A DNA stretch of 64,000 bases, taken from positions 3,152 to 67,151 of the forward strand of contig JAJRXF010000094.1 of assembly GCA_024276425.1 (NCBI GenBank), in the 5' to 3' direction. The notes below the pieces were generated by a model that was given only the letters and a program-made list of their open reading frames with translations, ran no database searches and had not been told where the DNA came from. Shown here one piece after another: positions 28,365 to 37,010 of this stretch. Each line of letters opens with the position of its first letter. Within the stretch, counting starts at the first letter, position 1. The position numbers were made by a program, and so were the translations under genes. This DNA comes from Actinomycetes bacterium (lineage in GTDB: Bacteria > Actinomycetota > Acidimicrobiia > Acidimicrobiales > SZUA-35).

Positions 28365-29692
28365 CCTCGACGTTCCTTCTCCGGGCCCGACGCGCCGACC
28401 CACGTCGGGCTTACCAACTGAATCGACGCGACCCGTAACCCGTCCATGGCAATAACTTCCAGCAACCAATCTTGTTCATGTATTTGGTCACCTTCGTCAG
28501 GAATTCGGCCCAGGCGATCAAGAATAAATCCGGCGATCGTCTCATACTCGCCTTCTGGCATCTTGAAGCCAGTCGTGTCCTCCACCTCATCGGAATGCAT
28601 GGTGCCTGTCACGATGACGAGATCTGTACGCCTACCGCGGGTGAGGTCGGCTGGCTCGACGTCATACTCGTCATCGATCTCGCCAGCAATTTCCTCGAGT
28701 ACATCCTCGAGTGTCAGGATTCCCGCGGTGCCGCCATGCTCATCGACCACAACGATTAGTTCGCTTGATGTTGTGCGAAAGTCCTCGAGCACATCACCAA
28801 GGTCACGGGTTTCGGGCACAACGTTGGCTGGTCTCATAATGGATCGAATCGGTGTCGAGCGACGCTCCGAGGCAGGAAGTTTGAACACATCGGTCACCCT
28901 GACCACGCCTACGACCTCGTCGATGTCTTCCCCGTACACCGGGTAGCGGCTGTGCCCCGTTTCACCCGAAAGGTCGATGAGGTCGCCGACTGTCGCCGCG
29001 TTCGAAATTGCGTTGACATGGACCCGAGGAATCAGGACGTCCGCTGCGTTTTTGTCTTCGAATCGAATGGTTTTGGTCAGGAGATCCAGGGTGTCTGGTC
29101 CGAGAGTTCCTGAATCTCCCGAAGATCGGATCAGGTACTCAATCTCATCGAGGCTGCGCACCGAAGACAGCTCTTCTTGGGGTTCAATGCCCAGCCTTCG
29201 GATGAGCCAATTGGCCGAACCGTTGAAGACCCGAATGAACGGCGATAGCACTCGATGAACGACCTGGGCCATTGGCATGAGCGCAAATGACACTGACTCG
29301 GGCTTGGCAATGGCAATATTTTTGGGAATGAGCTCTCCGGCCACCATCTGGAAGACGGTGGCAATAGACAGGGCCACGACGACCGAAACGGCCGCCTGTT
29401 CAGTCCCAATTATCGGTTCGATGAGCGGGTCAAGCAACGCACCAGCCAAGGGTTCAGTCAGGAAACCGAGAAGCAGGCTGGTGATGGTTATGCCTAGCTG
29501 AGCGCCAGAAAGGTGGAAGGACATCCGATGGGTGGCAGAAAGAGCTACCCGGGCCGACCACTTCCCCTGATCGGCTGCTGCTTGCAACTTTGACCGGTCG
29601 GCCGCGATCAGGGCAAACTCAACGGCCACAAAAAAGCCGTTGGCAGCAACAAGCAAGAAGACGAGGACCAGGCCGAGAGCGATGTTTCGCAT
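28361..29692 (-). CDS. CNNM/HlyC-CorC family membrane protein (DUF21 + CBS pair + CorC_HlyC)
   Basis: 443 aa. MRNIALGLVLVFLLVAANGFFVAVEFALIAADRSKL opens DUF21. Then a CBS pair and a C-terminal transporter-associated domain (...DWLLEVIAMDGLRVASIQL). Confidence 0.88.
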   Translation of the reverse strand: MRNIALGLVLVFLLVAANGFFVAVEFALIAADRSKLQAAADQGKWSARVALSATHRMSFHLSGAQLGITITSLLLGFLTEPLAGALLDPLIEPIIGTEQAAVSVVVALSIATVFQMVAGELIPKNIAIAKPESVSFALMPMAQVVHRVLSPFIRVFNGSANWLIRRLGIEPQEELSSVRSLDEIEYLIRSSGDSGTLGPDTLDLLTKTIRFEDKNAADVLIPRVHVNAISNAATVGDLIDLSGETGHSRYPVYGEDIDEVVGVVRVTDVFKLPASERRSTPIRSIMRPANVVPETRDLGDVLEDFRTTSSELIVVVDEHGGTAGILTLEDVLEEIAGEIDDEYDVEPADLTRGRRTDLVIVTGTMHSDEVEDTTGFKMPEGEYETIAGFILDRLGRIPDEGDQIHEQDWLLEVIAMDGLRVASIQLVSPTWVGASGPEKERRG

Positions 29693-29727
29693 GGGGGGAA
29701 GAGAAAGGATACTAGCGCTTGTCGCTT

Positions 29728-29850
29728 CCTCACCCCGCCACCCCCAATCCTCACCCCGCCACCCCCAATCCTCACCCCGCCACCAACCTCACGCCCCCGT
29801 ATCCTCACCCCGCCACCAACCTCACGCCACCCCCAGCCCCAGCCCCACCA
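29728..29850. repeat. C-rich (plus strand) / G-rich (minus strand) tandem repeat array sharing the core CCTCACCCCGCCACC x4
   Basis: Read directly. Perfect 21-mers CCTCACCCCGCCACCCCCAAT at 29728 and 29749, then two ~33-nt units starting at 29770 and 29803, ending in CCCCAGCCCCAGCCCCACC. Lies 36-158 nt upstream of the CNNM gene start (29692, minus strand). Confidence 0.9.
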
Positions 29851-29919
29851 CGCAGTAGTCCGTTTTGATTGTCGCGGTAGCGACCCATTTGGGGGTCGTC
29901 TAGCGCGATTGGAACCTGG

Positions 29920-29973
29920 TTGATGGGGATGAGCCACGTCGATGTCTTGATGGGGATGAGCCACGTCGATGTC
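29920..29973. repeat. Perfect 27-bp tandem duplication TTGATGGGGATGAGCCACGTCGATGTC x2 upstream of the orphan ABC ATPase
   Basis: Read directly: copies at 29920..29946 and 29947..29973, followed by a partial GATGTC. Ends 27 nt before the GTG start at 30000. A TATCTT -10-like hexamer sits at 29985..29990. Confidence 0.9.
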
Positions 29974-29999
29974 GATGTCGGGGCTATCTTCGTTTCCCA

Positions 30000-30827
30000 G
30001 TGAATGAACCAAATGACCATAGGCCTCCACCGGAGGTTCTGTTACTCGACCAGATCCACACGCTGATTGACGGCCGCCGGATTCTCGACGCAATAACATG
30101 GAGTATCCGGGCGGACGAACAATGGGTAGTTCTTGGTCCTAACGGTGGCGGTAAAAGCACGCTACTAGCCATCGCCGGGCTTCGACGGCATCCCTCCGGT
30201 GGTCGAGTAACGGTTCTTGGTCATGAACTTGGTCGCAGCGATATTCGGCCGCTCCGGGCCAGGATTTCCACCAGTTCTGCTGGCTTCGCCCGCAGCCTCC
30301 GACCGGCTATCAATGCGCTCGACGTCGTGAGATGCGGGGCTTCTGGAGCCTTGGAAACATGGTGGCATCAGGAGCAGCCTGGAGAAACCGATCGGGCCCG
30401 TTCTCTGTTGGAAGTCGTCGGACTTGGGGAATTGGGCAGCCGATCCTTCGGAACCCTCTCATCGGGGGAACAACAACGCTGCCTTCTCGCCCGGGCACTA
30501 ATGCCCGACCCTTCCCTGCTGCTCTTGGACGAACCAAATGCTGGCCTTGATCTGGCCGGACGGGAACAACTCATTGCCAGCTTGGAGGGCTTGGCGGCTG
30601 ACAAGTCAGCCCCAGCAACCGTCCTGGTCACCCACCACGTCGAGGATATTCCCCGCTCAACAACTCATCTGCTAGCCCTTAGGCACGGTCGAATCTTGTC
30701 CAGCGGACCGATTGAAGAGCTGTTGAGTGCTGAACTATTGAGCGAGCTCTTTGGCCTTGGGGTTGAGCTCAGTAGGGCGGGCCAGCGCTGGCAGGCGCGA
30801 GGTCACTATTCGCCGACGTCTCTCTAG
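30000..30827 (+). CDS. ABC-type ATP-binding protein with no adjacent permease (ModF/YlmA-like)
   Basis: 275 aa. Walker A GPNGGGKST, signature LSSGEQQR, Walker B LLLLDEPNAGLD. No membrane partner on either side. Confidence 0.82.
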   Translation: MNEPNDHRPPPEVLLLDQIHTLIDGRRILDAITWSIRADEQWVVLGPNGGGKSTLLAIAGLRRHPSGGRVTVLGHELGRSDIRPLRARISTSSAGFARSLRPAINALDVVRCGASGALETWWHQEQPGETDRARSLLEVVGLGELGSRSFGTLSSGEQQRCLLARALMPDPSLLLLDEPNAGLDLAGREQLIASLEGLAADKSAPATVLVTHHVEDIPRSTTHLLALRHGRILSSGPIEELLSAELLSELFGLGVELSRAGQRWQARGHYSPTSL

Positions 30828-32220
30828 CCTTCTCCTGATCGAGTTCCAACTGCTCTAGCCGCTTCTGCTCTGCCAGAATCTCCCGGTCAGATATCACAGA
30901 CAGAAGTGGGTAGGGGTCAACGGGATCTCCACCACCGGGATGCATTTGCATATGGACGTGTGGCGGGGTGCCAACCGCGTTCCCGGACGTCCCGACATAG
31001 CCAATGACCTCACCCGCCTCAACGACCTGACCTTCGTGCAGGCCAGGAGCAAAGCCGGACATGTGGGCGTAATACCAATCGGTCCCACTATCACCGAGCA
31101 GCCAGATTCTCATTCCTCCGAGCCTGCCGACCCCAACTTTGGTAATTACTCCTGGTTCGGTGGCAACCAAGGGAGCACCGAAGGTGGCGAAAATATCAAT
31201 GCCCTCGTGCCAGTGCTCATCTGGAGTTCCCACCATTCGCGGGAAACCAAACGAGTCGATGAGCGGAACCTCATACTCGAACTCGGCGATCGGGAAGACC
31301 ACACCTTCGATATAAATGCTGCTCCCCGCCTCGAATGCCTCTAGTTCTCGTTCGGCCTGATCGATGTCTGCCCGACTGGCGGCTACGTCCTCTTCAAAGT
31401 CTTTCAAGAGATCTCCAACGAGGACTGTGCGGTCAAAGCTCTGGCCAGCGTCAAGCTCAAGAGAATTTCGCAGTTCGTTGTACTGATCAAGCACAGCTCG
31501 GTCAACCCGTAGGAGGCTATCAACAAGGGTATTTTTCACTTGGAGATCTAACACCTTGTCATAGTCCAGACCGGTACCAAGTTCGGCTTCACTTCCCCGA
31601 ACAAAGGCCGTGAGTGCTCGGGCTCGGAGCTGCTCCTTCATCTCCTGGAGCACTACGATGGTTTGACGAGTCTCCCGATCGAGTTCGGCGATCTTCTCTT
31701 GCAGCTTTTTCTGTCGGAGTCGCAGGGACTTAACCTTGGCGATGCGCTCTTGGTGAACGAGCTTGGCTTCTTGGACCTTGGTCTCGGCCTCTCGAACGCT
31801 GCTCCAAAGGACCTCACCGGGCTTGTACTCACCCTGGCTGGCGTAACTACCGCGGCTGATGATCCGGCCATCGTCTGAGGTGGCCCCCTCAATCTGAGGC
31901 ACCGTTCCCGATGGGCCCTCCTCGGCAAAGGGATCGTTAATTGATGTGGTCGTCTCACCATCGGGAATGGTTGTGGTTGAGCCGCTCTCCTCGCTTGGCT
32001 GAGAGGTGGTTGGTGGCTCTGCTTGGTCGCCGAGGTCCCCGGTCGTTGGCGGCTCGGTCGTCGTTGGCGGCTCGGTCGTCGTTGGCGGCTCGGTCGTCGT
32101 GGTTGTTTCCTGGGCCATCGCCGGAGTCGACGCGCCAAATGAAGCCAGCAACAGCGCTGTGAGCATGACAAGAAGCCAGCGGCGGAAGTTCCCCACCATC
32201 CACCAGTCGGCCCATCCCAT
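30769..32220 (-). CDS. Secreted coiled-coil M23 (LytM-type) metallopeptidase
   Basis: 483 aa. Signal peptide ...ASTPAMA, EPPTTT x3 linker, ~200 aa heptad-rich helical region. C-terminal M23 domain has intact ligands HEGIDIF and HVHMQMH. The 3' end overlaps the convergent ABC gene by 59 bp. Confidence 0.88.
   Translation of the reverse strand: MGWADWWMVGNFRRWLLVMLTALLLASFGASTPAMAQETTTTTEPPTTTEPPTTTEPPTTGDLGDQAEPPTTSQPSEESGSTTTIPDGETTTSINDPFAEEGPSGTVPQIEGATSDDGRIISRGSYASQGEYKPGEVLWSSVREAETKVQEAKLVHQERIAKVKSLRLRQKKLQEKIAELDRETRQTIVVLQEMKEQLRARALTAFVRGSEAELGTGLDYDKVLDLQVKNTLVDSLLRVDRAVLDQYNELRNSLELDAGQSFDRTVLVGDLLKDFEEDVAASRADIDQAERELEAFEAGSSIYIEGVVFPIAEFEYEVPLIDSFGFPRMVGTPDEHWHEGIDIFATFGAPLVATEPGVITKVGVGRLGGMRIWLLGDSGTDWYYAHMSGFAPGLHEGQVVEAGEVIGYVGTSGNAVGTPPHVHMQMHPGGGDPVDPYPLLSVISDREILAEQKRLEQLELDQEKARETSANSDLAPASAGPPY
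32041..32100. repeat. In-frame 18-bp tandem repeat (GGTCGTCGTTGGCGGCTC, ~3.5 copies) encoding EPPTTT repeats of the M23 peptidase
   Basis: Read directly. Perfect copies at 32056..32073 and 32074..32091, flanked by partial copies. Confidence 0.85.
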
Positions 32221-32283
32221 CTGGAACTAAACCAACTGTGAGGATTTGCCCCCAGCGCTAACCCAAATCTGACGCAGCAGATC

Positions 32284-33129
32284 TCACGCTAGTGGTGGGA
32301 GGTGATGAGCGTCGCCTGCGCTCACGCTCACCAGACCGGTCTCGGTCCGTAGGACAAGCCCTCCGGCAGCATTGATGTCAACTGCGAGGCCCTGAAGGGG
32401 GCCACTTGGGGTTTCCATCCGGACTTGGCGCCCCAGGGTGACACATTGTTGTCGGTACTGATCGACCAACTGAGCGGGACCCAAAGTCTCAAGTTTGTTC
32501 AACTGGAACTCAACCTCGGTCAGGATGACCGAGGCTAACTCCGATGCCGTTGGTAGCGCGGGGGCCGAACAATCCGCATAGAGCAGTGTGTGCAAGTCGA
32601 TTCCCCCGGCCACCTGGCCTCCAGAACCGAATTGGAGATTGAGCCCAACACCAATCACCACGGCAACATCCGCGCCTTGACTTGATGCCTCCGCCAAAAT
32701 ACCCGCCAGTTTTCGTTCCTCTCGCCTCCCGGAACCCTTGCCCTTCGGCTCTCGGGCCAGAATGTCGTTGGGCCACTTCACACCGACGTGAACCCCAAAG
32801 GATCCGGACAAGGCATCGACCACAGCCAGACCAGTCAAAAGAGGAAGCAGGCTGAGGGATTGCTTCTTGGGGCGCAACAACCAGGACACCAACATGGCCG
32901 AACCGGCCGAGTCGACCCAACGGCGACCCTGTCTCCCTCGCCCACTTCTTTGGTGCCGAGCCAACAAAACGAGGCCCTCCGGGGCACCCTCTGCTGCCTC
33001 CTGGAGGAGATCAGCGTTGGTCGAACCAGTCTCCTCTACTTCACGAATGACAAAAAATCTTGTATTTGGGGGGCCAGATAGTTCACTTTGTGCACTCACT
33101 TCGGCTAACCATATGGGGTGCTTCCCCAA
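32284..33129 (-). CDS. birA: Biotin--[acetyl-CoA-carboxylase] ligase (class I, no N-terminal HTH)
   Basis: 281 aa from TTG. ETGSTNADLL and RHQRSGRGRQGRRW are the biotin-binding GRGRxGR loop. The start is uncertain: GTG 33099 would remove the 12-bp overlap with accA. Confidence 0.85.
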   Translation of the reverse strand: MGKHPIWLAEVSAQSELSGPPNTRFFVIREVEETGSTNADLLQEAAEGAPEGLVLLARHQRSGRGRQGRRWVDSAGSAMLVSWLLRPKKQSLSLLPLLTGLAVVDALSGSFGVHVGVKWPNDILAREPKGKGSGRREERKLAGILAEASSQGADVAVVIGVGLNLQFGSGGQVAGGIDLHTLLYADCSAPALPTASELASVILTEVEFQLNKLETLGPAQLVDQYRQQCVTLGRQVRMETPSGPLQGLAVDINAAGGLVLRTETGLVSVSAGDAHHLPPLA

Positions 33130-34875
33130 CCACTGTTCAAAAAAGTCCTAATAGCCAACCGCGGCGAGATAGCGGTCCGGGTCATTCGCGCCTGTCAAGA
33201 GCTCGGAATCGGCACGGTGGCTGTCTATTCTGAGCTTGACCGAGAGGCCTTGCACGTCCGCCTCGCGGATGAGGCATTCGCTCTTGGGGGCCAAACGGCG
33301 GCCGAAAGTTATCTCAATACTGACGCCATTCTCAGCATAATCGAGACCACTGGTGCCGATGCGGTCCATCCCGGGTATGGCTTCTTTAGCGAAAATGCTG
33401 ACTTCGCTCGCGCGATAACCGCCCGAGGCGTGACCTTCATTGGCCCACCACCCGAGGCCATCGAGGTAATGGGTGACAAAATCAGTGCCAGAACCGCAGC
33501 GGAGAAGGTGGGAGTCAACAGCGTTCCCGGCGTAACCGAGTTTCTCTCCGGGCCCAAGGAGATCACGGCATTTGGGGCCGAGCACGGCTACCCCGTTGCA
33601 ATCAAGGCCGCATTCGGCGGCGGTGGCCGAGGCATGAAGGTTGTTTCCTCCGCCGAGGAGGCGGCCGACTCCCTAGAAAGCGCCCAGCGCGAGGCCTTAG
33701 CCTATTTCGGCCGTGACGAATGCTACATAGAGCGCTACCTGGTGAAACCTCGACACATCGAGATCCAAATCATGGCCGACAGCCATGGCAACGCCATCTA
33801 CCTCGGCCAACGAGACTGCTCTGCTCAACGACGTCACCAGAAGTTGGTCGAGGAAGCACCCGCTCACGGTCTACCCCCAGAGGTAGCCACAGCCATGGGC
33901 GAAGCCGCGGTACGAGTGGCCGTGGGGTGCAACTACACCAACGCCGGAACTGTCGAGTTCCTCTACGAAGACGGCCAGTTCCACTATTTGGAGATGAACA
34001 CCCGACTCCAGGTCGAACATCCGGTAACCGAGTTGGTGACCGGACTCGACCTGGTTGCTCTCCAGCTTCACATCGCGGCTGGCGGCGAACTACCCCTCAC
34101 TCAGGATGATGTACACCTCACCGGACACGCCATCGAAATCCGCATTAACGCCGAAGATGTTGCTGGCGGCGCTTTTCTTCCTTCCCCTGGGCCGATCACT
34201 CGACTGCGGGTTCCCTCCGGTTATGGGGTCCGCTGGGACGGGGGCTACGAAGAGGGAGATGAAGTCAGCCAGTACTACGACAACCTGGTCGGCAAACTGA
34301 TTTGTCACGGCGCCACCCGTTCTGAGGCAATTAGCCGAACCATCCGAGCTCTGAAAGAATTTGTGGTCGAAGGGATCGCAACCACAATTCCGGCCGATCT
34401 TGCCATCCTTGAGCACCAGGACTTCCGCTCCGGTGATTACTCAACCAAATGGGTGGAGGAAGTCTTAGACCTTGACAACATCGGATCCGAGCCCATTGCC
34501 ACTTCCGAAGACGAAGCGGAACCAAGGGTTCGACGCGACTCCACCGTAGAGGTCAACGGCAAACGATTTGCGGTATCCATGTGGGTACCGGAATCCGCCG
34601 CAACCACCTCCGGGAAAAAGCCAAAGCGTAGGTCCTCCGCTCGCGGTGGAACCGGTGGTGGAACGGGTGAGGTCGCCGTTCCGATGCAGGGAACCATCGT
34701 GAAGGTTGAGGTCGAAGTTGGCGACGCCGTCGAGGCAGGAGACACCATTGTCGTCCTCGAGGCCATGAAAATGGAAAACAACGTCAACGCCGAGAAGTCT
34801 GGAACTATCGCCGAGGTGCGGGTTAAAGCTGGCGATTCTGTCGGCGGGGGCGACATCGTCGCTATCATCAACTAG
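33118..34875 (+). CDS. accA: Acetyl/propionyl-CoA carboxylase alpha subunit (biotin carboxylase + BCCP domains)
   Basis: 585 aa. KVLIANRGEIAVRVIRA, ATP-grasp domain, C-terminal biotinyl site EAMKMEN. Confidence 0.94.
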   Translation: MLPQPLFKKVLIANRGEIAVRVIRACQELGIGTVAVYSELDREALHVRLADEAFALGGQTAAESYLNTDAILSIIETTGADAVHPGYGFFSENADFARAITARGVTFIGPPPEAIEVMGDKISARTAAEKVGVNSVPGVTEFLSGPKEITAFGAEHGYPVAIKAAFGGGGRGMKVVSSAEEAADSLESAQREALAYFGRDECYIERYLVKPRHIEIQIMADSHGNAIYLGQRDCSAQRRHQKLVEEAPAHGLPPEVATAMGEAAVRVAVGCNYTNAGTVEFLYEDGQFHYLEMNTRLQVEHPVTELVTGLDLVALQLHIAAGGELPLTQDDVHLTGHAIEIRINAEDVAGGAFLPSPGPITRLRVPSGYGVRWDGGYEEGDEVSQYYDNLVGKLICHGATRSEAISRTIRALKEFVVEGIATTIPADLAILEHQDFRSGDYSTKWVEEVLDLDNIGSEPIATSEDEAEPRVRRDSTVEVNGKRFAVSMWVPESAATTSGKKPKRRSSARGGTGGGTGEVAVPMQGTIVKVEVEVGDAVEAGDTIVVLEAMKMENNVNAEKSGTIAEVRVKAGDSVGGGDIVAIIN

Positions 34876-34902
34876 GTCGCTGGCACTCGCCGAGCTATGC
34901 CC

Positions 34903-35343
34903 TCAGGGTTCAAGGACGTCTGGTTCGGGCTCCACCAAGGCGACCGGTCGTCCTGTCCTAGAGCGAAGCACACTAATCATCTCGGCCACAGATTCATGCG
35001 TGGATGGCGCTGCGGGGGCACCGATGAGGACGGACGTTTCTCCAAGGGTTTCTACGAGCTCAACCACATGATCATCGACATCGCCGCGCCGAATGACGAT
35101 TCGGACATCGAGGTCGGTATTGAGTTGTCGACGGGTTAGCTCGATCTGAGCCTCTAGGAGCCACGCAAGCTCGTCCTCAATCAAGTCAACCATTGAGTCA
35201 TCAAGGTCATCAAAGGTACCTTCATCGATAACGGCAAGATAGACCAGCCCGCCTTCGACTTGGGAGGCGGTACGCATGGCCGAACGCAAGCTCGCAGCCC
35301 GCCCGGTACCACCCCAGGACACATACACCAGATCTTGGGGCAT
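34903..35343 (-). CDS. Hypothetical cytoplasmic protein co-transcribed with nhaP (weak USP/alpha-hydrolase-like resemblance)
   Basis: ATG 35343 lies 1 nt after the nhaP stop. 146 aa, acidic. No secure motif. Confidence 0.5.
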   Translation of the reverse strand: MPQDLVYVSWGGTGRAASLRSAMRTASQVEGGLVYLAVIDEGTFDDLDDSMVDLIEDELAWLLEAQIELTRRQLNTDLDVRIVIRRGDVDDHVVELVETLGETSVLIGAPAAPSTHESVAEMISVLRSRTGRPVALVEPEPDVLEP

Positions 35344-35344
35344 T

Positions 35345-36997
35345 TCAGTTCTCCGGATCGAAACTTGGGGCCTCATCTTGTTCCCATCTGTCCTCGATCA
35401 ATTCAAGGGCCGCCATCCGGTTGTTCAGCTCAAGGGTCAGGCCATCGGCCACTTGTTGTTCGACGAGGCCGCGTCGAACGATCTCGGCCAAGCCCGACGA
35501 CTCCGCCACCAAGGCGTCCCGGCGCGCCTGGAGCAGCATGGCCACCTCTAATTCATGGTGCTTGGAGAAGTGTCGACGAAGGTTGGCCGATTCCCGATTG
35601 ACATCATGTTGGTAGGTCACACCAAGGGCATCTGCCATCTCGGCGAACAACACTCCGTCGGCCCCGAGCCGGGCTACTTCTGCCTGTCCGGCCCTGCGCA
35701 TGGCAATTTTGGCCTGAAGCCGCTGCTGTTTCAGTTCGGTATCAGCCCGACCAGCAAGTCCAAGCTTCGTGATGAGGGTCGACATCGACAGACCCTGGAT
35801 CAAGAGGGTAAATAGCACAGCCCCAAAGGTCATGATCTTTAGCTTCTCGGCGACGTCCTCGTCGAATACGTCCAGACTCAGGGCCAAGGCCAACGAGATC
35901 GCTCCCCGGAGACCACCCCAGTACATCACGTGTTTGTAGCTGCCAGAAATGGGTCGGGCCTGCATGAACCGGTTACTGATCCAGGAGAAGCCGTACACGA
36001 TAAATGCTCGAACGATGAGAATACCGATGACCGCGATTGCCACCAGATCCAAGTGCCTCGCCAGATCGGTCAGGCTGATCGTCAATCCAATAAGGAGGAA
36101 GACAAGTGAGTTGACGAGGAACGTCAGAAGCTGCCAGAAATTGTCAAGGGTGACGCGTGTGCTTGGCGAGGTATTCTTAAGACCAAGGTTGCCGACCATC
36201 AGACCAGCGGAGACCACGGCGAGCAGACCCGAGAAGTGAACGTCTTCGAGTCGCAGAATCAGCCCGATCTCCTCGGCTACGAGGTAGGAGCCGTAGGCCA
36301 AAGCCAAGGTGGTCGTGGTTTCAACAAGGGGATCATCCACCCGGGCGAGCACGATCTCCGACACGACGTAGCCGAGGACAATACCAACGGCCAAACCACC
36401 GAGCGAGACGACAACAAAATCCCGGAGGCCAGCACCAACGGAAAAGGCCTCACCGGCACCAGCGGCCAGAGCCAGGTTGAATGCCACAACAGCCACCGCG
36501 TCATTAAAAAGTGACTCACCTTCTACCAGGACCGAGAGTCGCTTCGGCGTCCCAAGGGACTTGAAGAATGCGATTACGGCCACCGGATCGGTGGCGGAAA
36601 TCAAGGCACCAAAGGCAAAAGCGGCTGGCCATGGCACATCAACGACGGTCCGAACCAACCAGCCAATACTCAGAGTGCCAAAAGCAGTCCCCGCAACCGC
36701 AAACAACAAGATGGGAAACAGGTCGGCTCTCAACTTTGGCCAAGGAAGGTGCAACGTAGCCTCAAATAGCAACGGCGGCACCAGAATGGCCACAATGAGT
36801 TCGGGGGAAACCTCGATTGCAACGAGTTCTCCCAACGCGGAGGAAGCCAGGCCAGCCAGGACAAGAGCCACGGTATTGGGGAAGCCAAATGCACGGGAGA
36901 TCACGGCCACGCCAGCGGCAATAGCGAACAGGATCACCATTGCAGTTTCGGTTCGGACCAGGGTGGACTCTTGAGCGAGGAGAAGAATGTTCAGCAC
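35345..36997 (-). CDS. nhaP: Na+/H+ (cation:proton) antiporter, CPA1/NhaP type, with a cytoplasmic C-terminal domain
   Basis: 550 aa, ~12 TM. SATDPVAV motif and a long soluble C-terminal helical region. Confidence 0.85.
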   Translation of the reverse strand: MLNILLLAQESTLVRTETAMVILFAIAAGVAVISRAFGFPNTVALVLAGLASSALGELVAIEVSPELIVAILVPPLLFEATLHLPWPKLRADLFPILLFAVAGTAFGTLSIGWLVRTVVDVPWPAAFAFGALISATDPVAVIAFFKSLGTPKRLSVLVEGESLFNDAVAVVAFNLALAAGAGEAFSVGAGLRDFVVVSLGGLAVGIVLGYVVSEIVLARVDDPLVETTTTLALAYGSYLVAEEIGLILRLEDVHFSGLLAVVSAGLMVGNLGLKNTSPSTRVTLDNFWQLLTFLVNSLVFLLIGLTISLTDLARHLDLVAIAVIGILIVRAFIVYGFSWISNRFMQARPISGSYKHVMYWGGLRGAISLALALSLDVFDEDVAEKLKIMTFGAVLFTLLIQGLSMSTLITKLGLAGRADTELKQQRLQAKIAMRRAGQAEVARLGADGVLFAEMADALGVTYQHDVNRESANLRRHFSKHHELEVAMLLQARRDALVAESSGLAEIVRRGLVEQQVADGLTLELNNRMAALELIEDRWEQDEAPSFDPEN

Positions 36998-37010
36998 CAG
37001 CAGGTCTCTT

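Noticed and set aside
29728-29973. Repeat-rich 300-bp intergenic region considered as a CRISPR array or mobile-element terminus.
   Set aside because: The repeats are contiguous with no unique spacers, there are only 2-4 copies, and no cas genes or transposase are present. The 163-aa minus-strand ORF across it (29608..30099) is just translated G-rich repeat.
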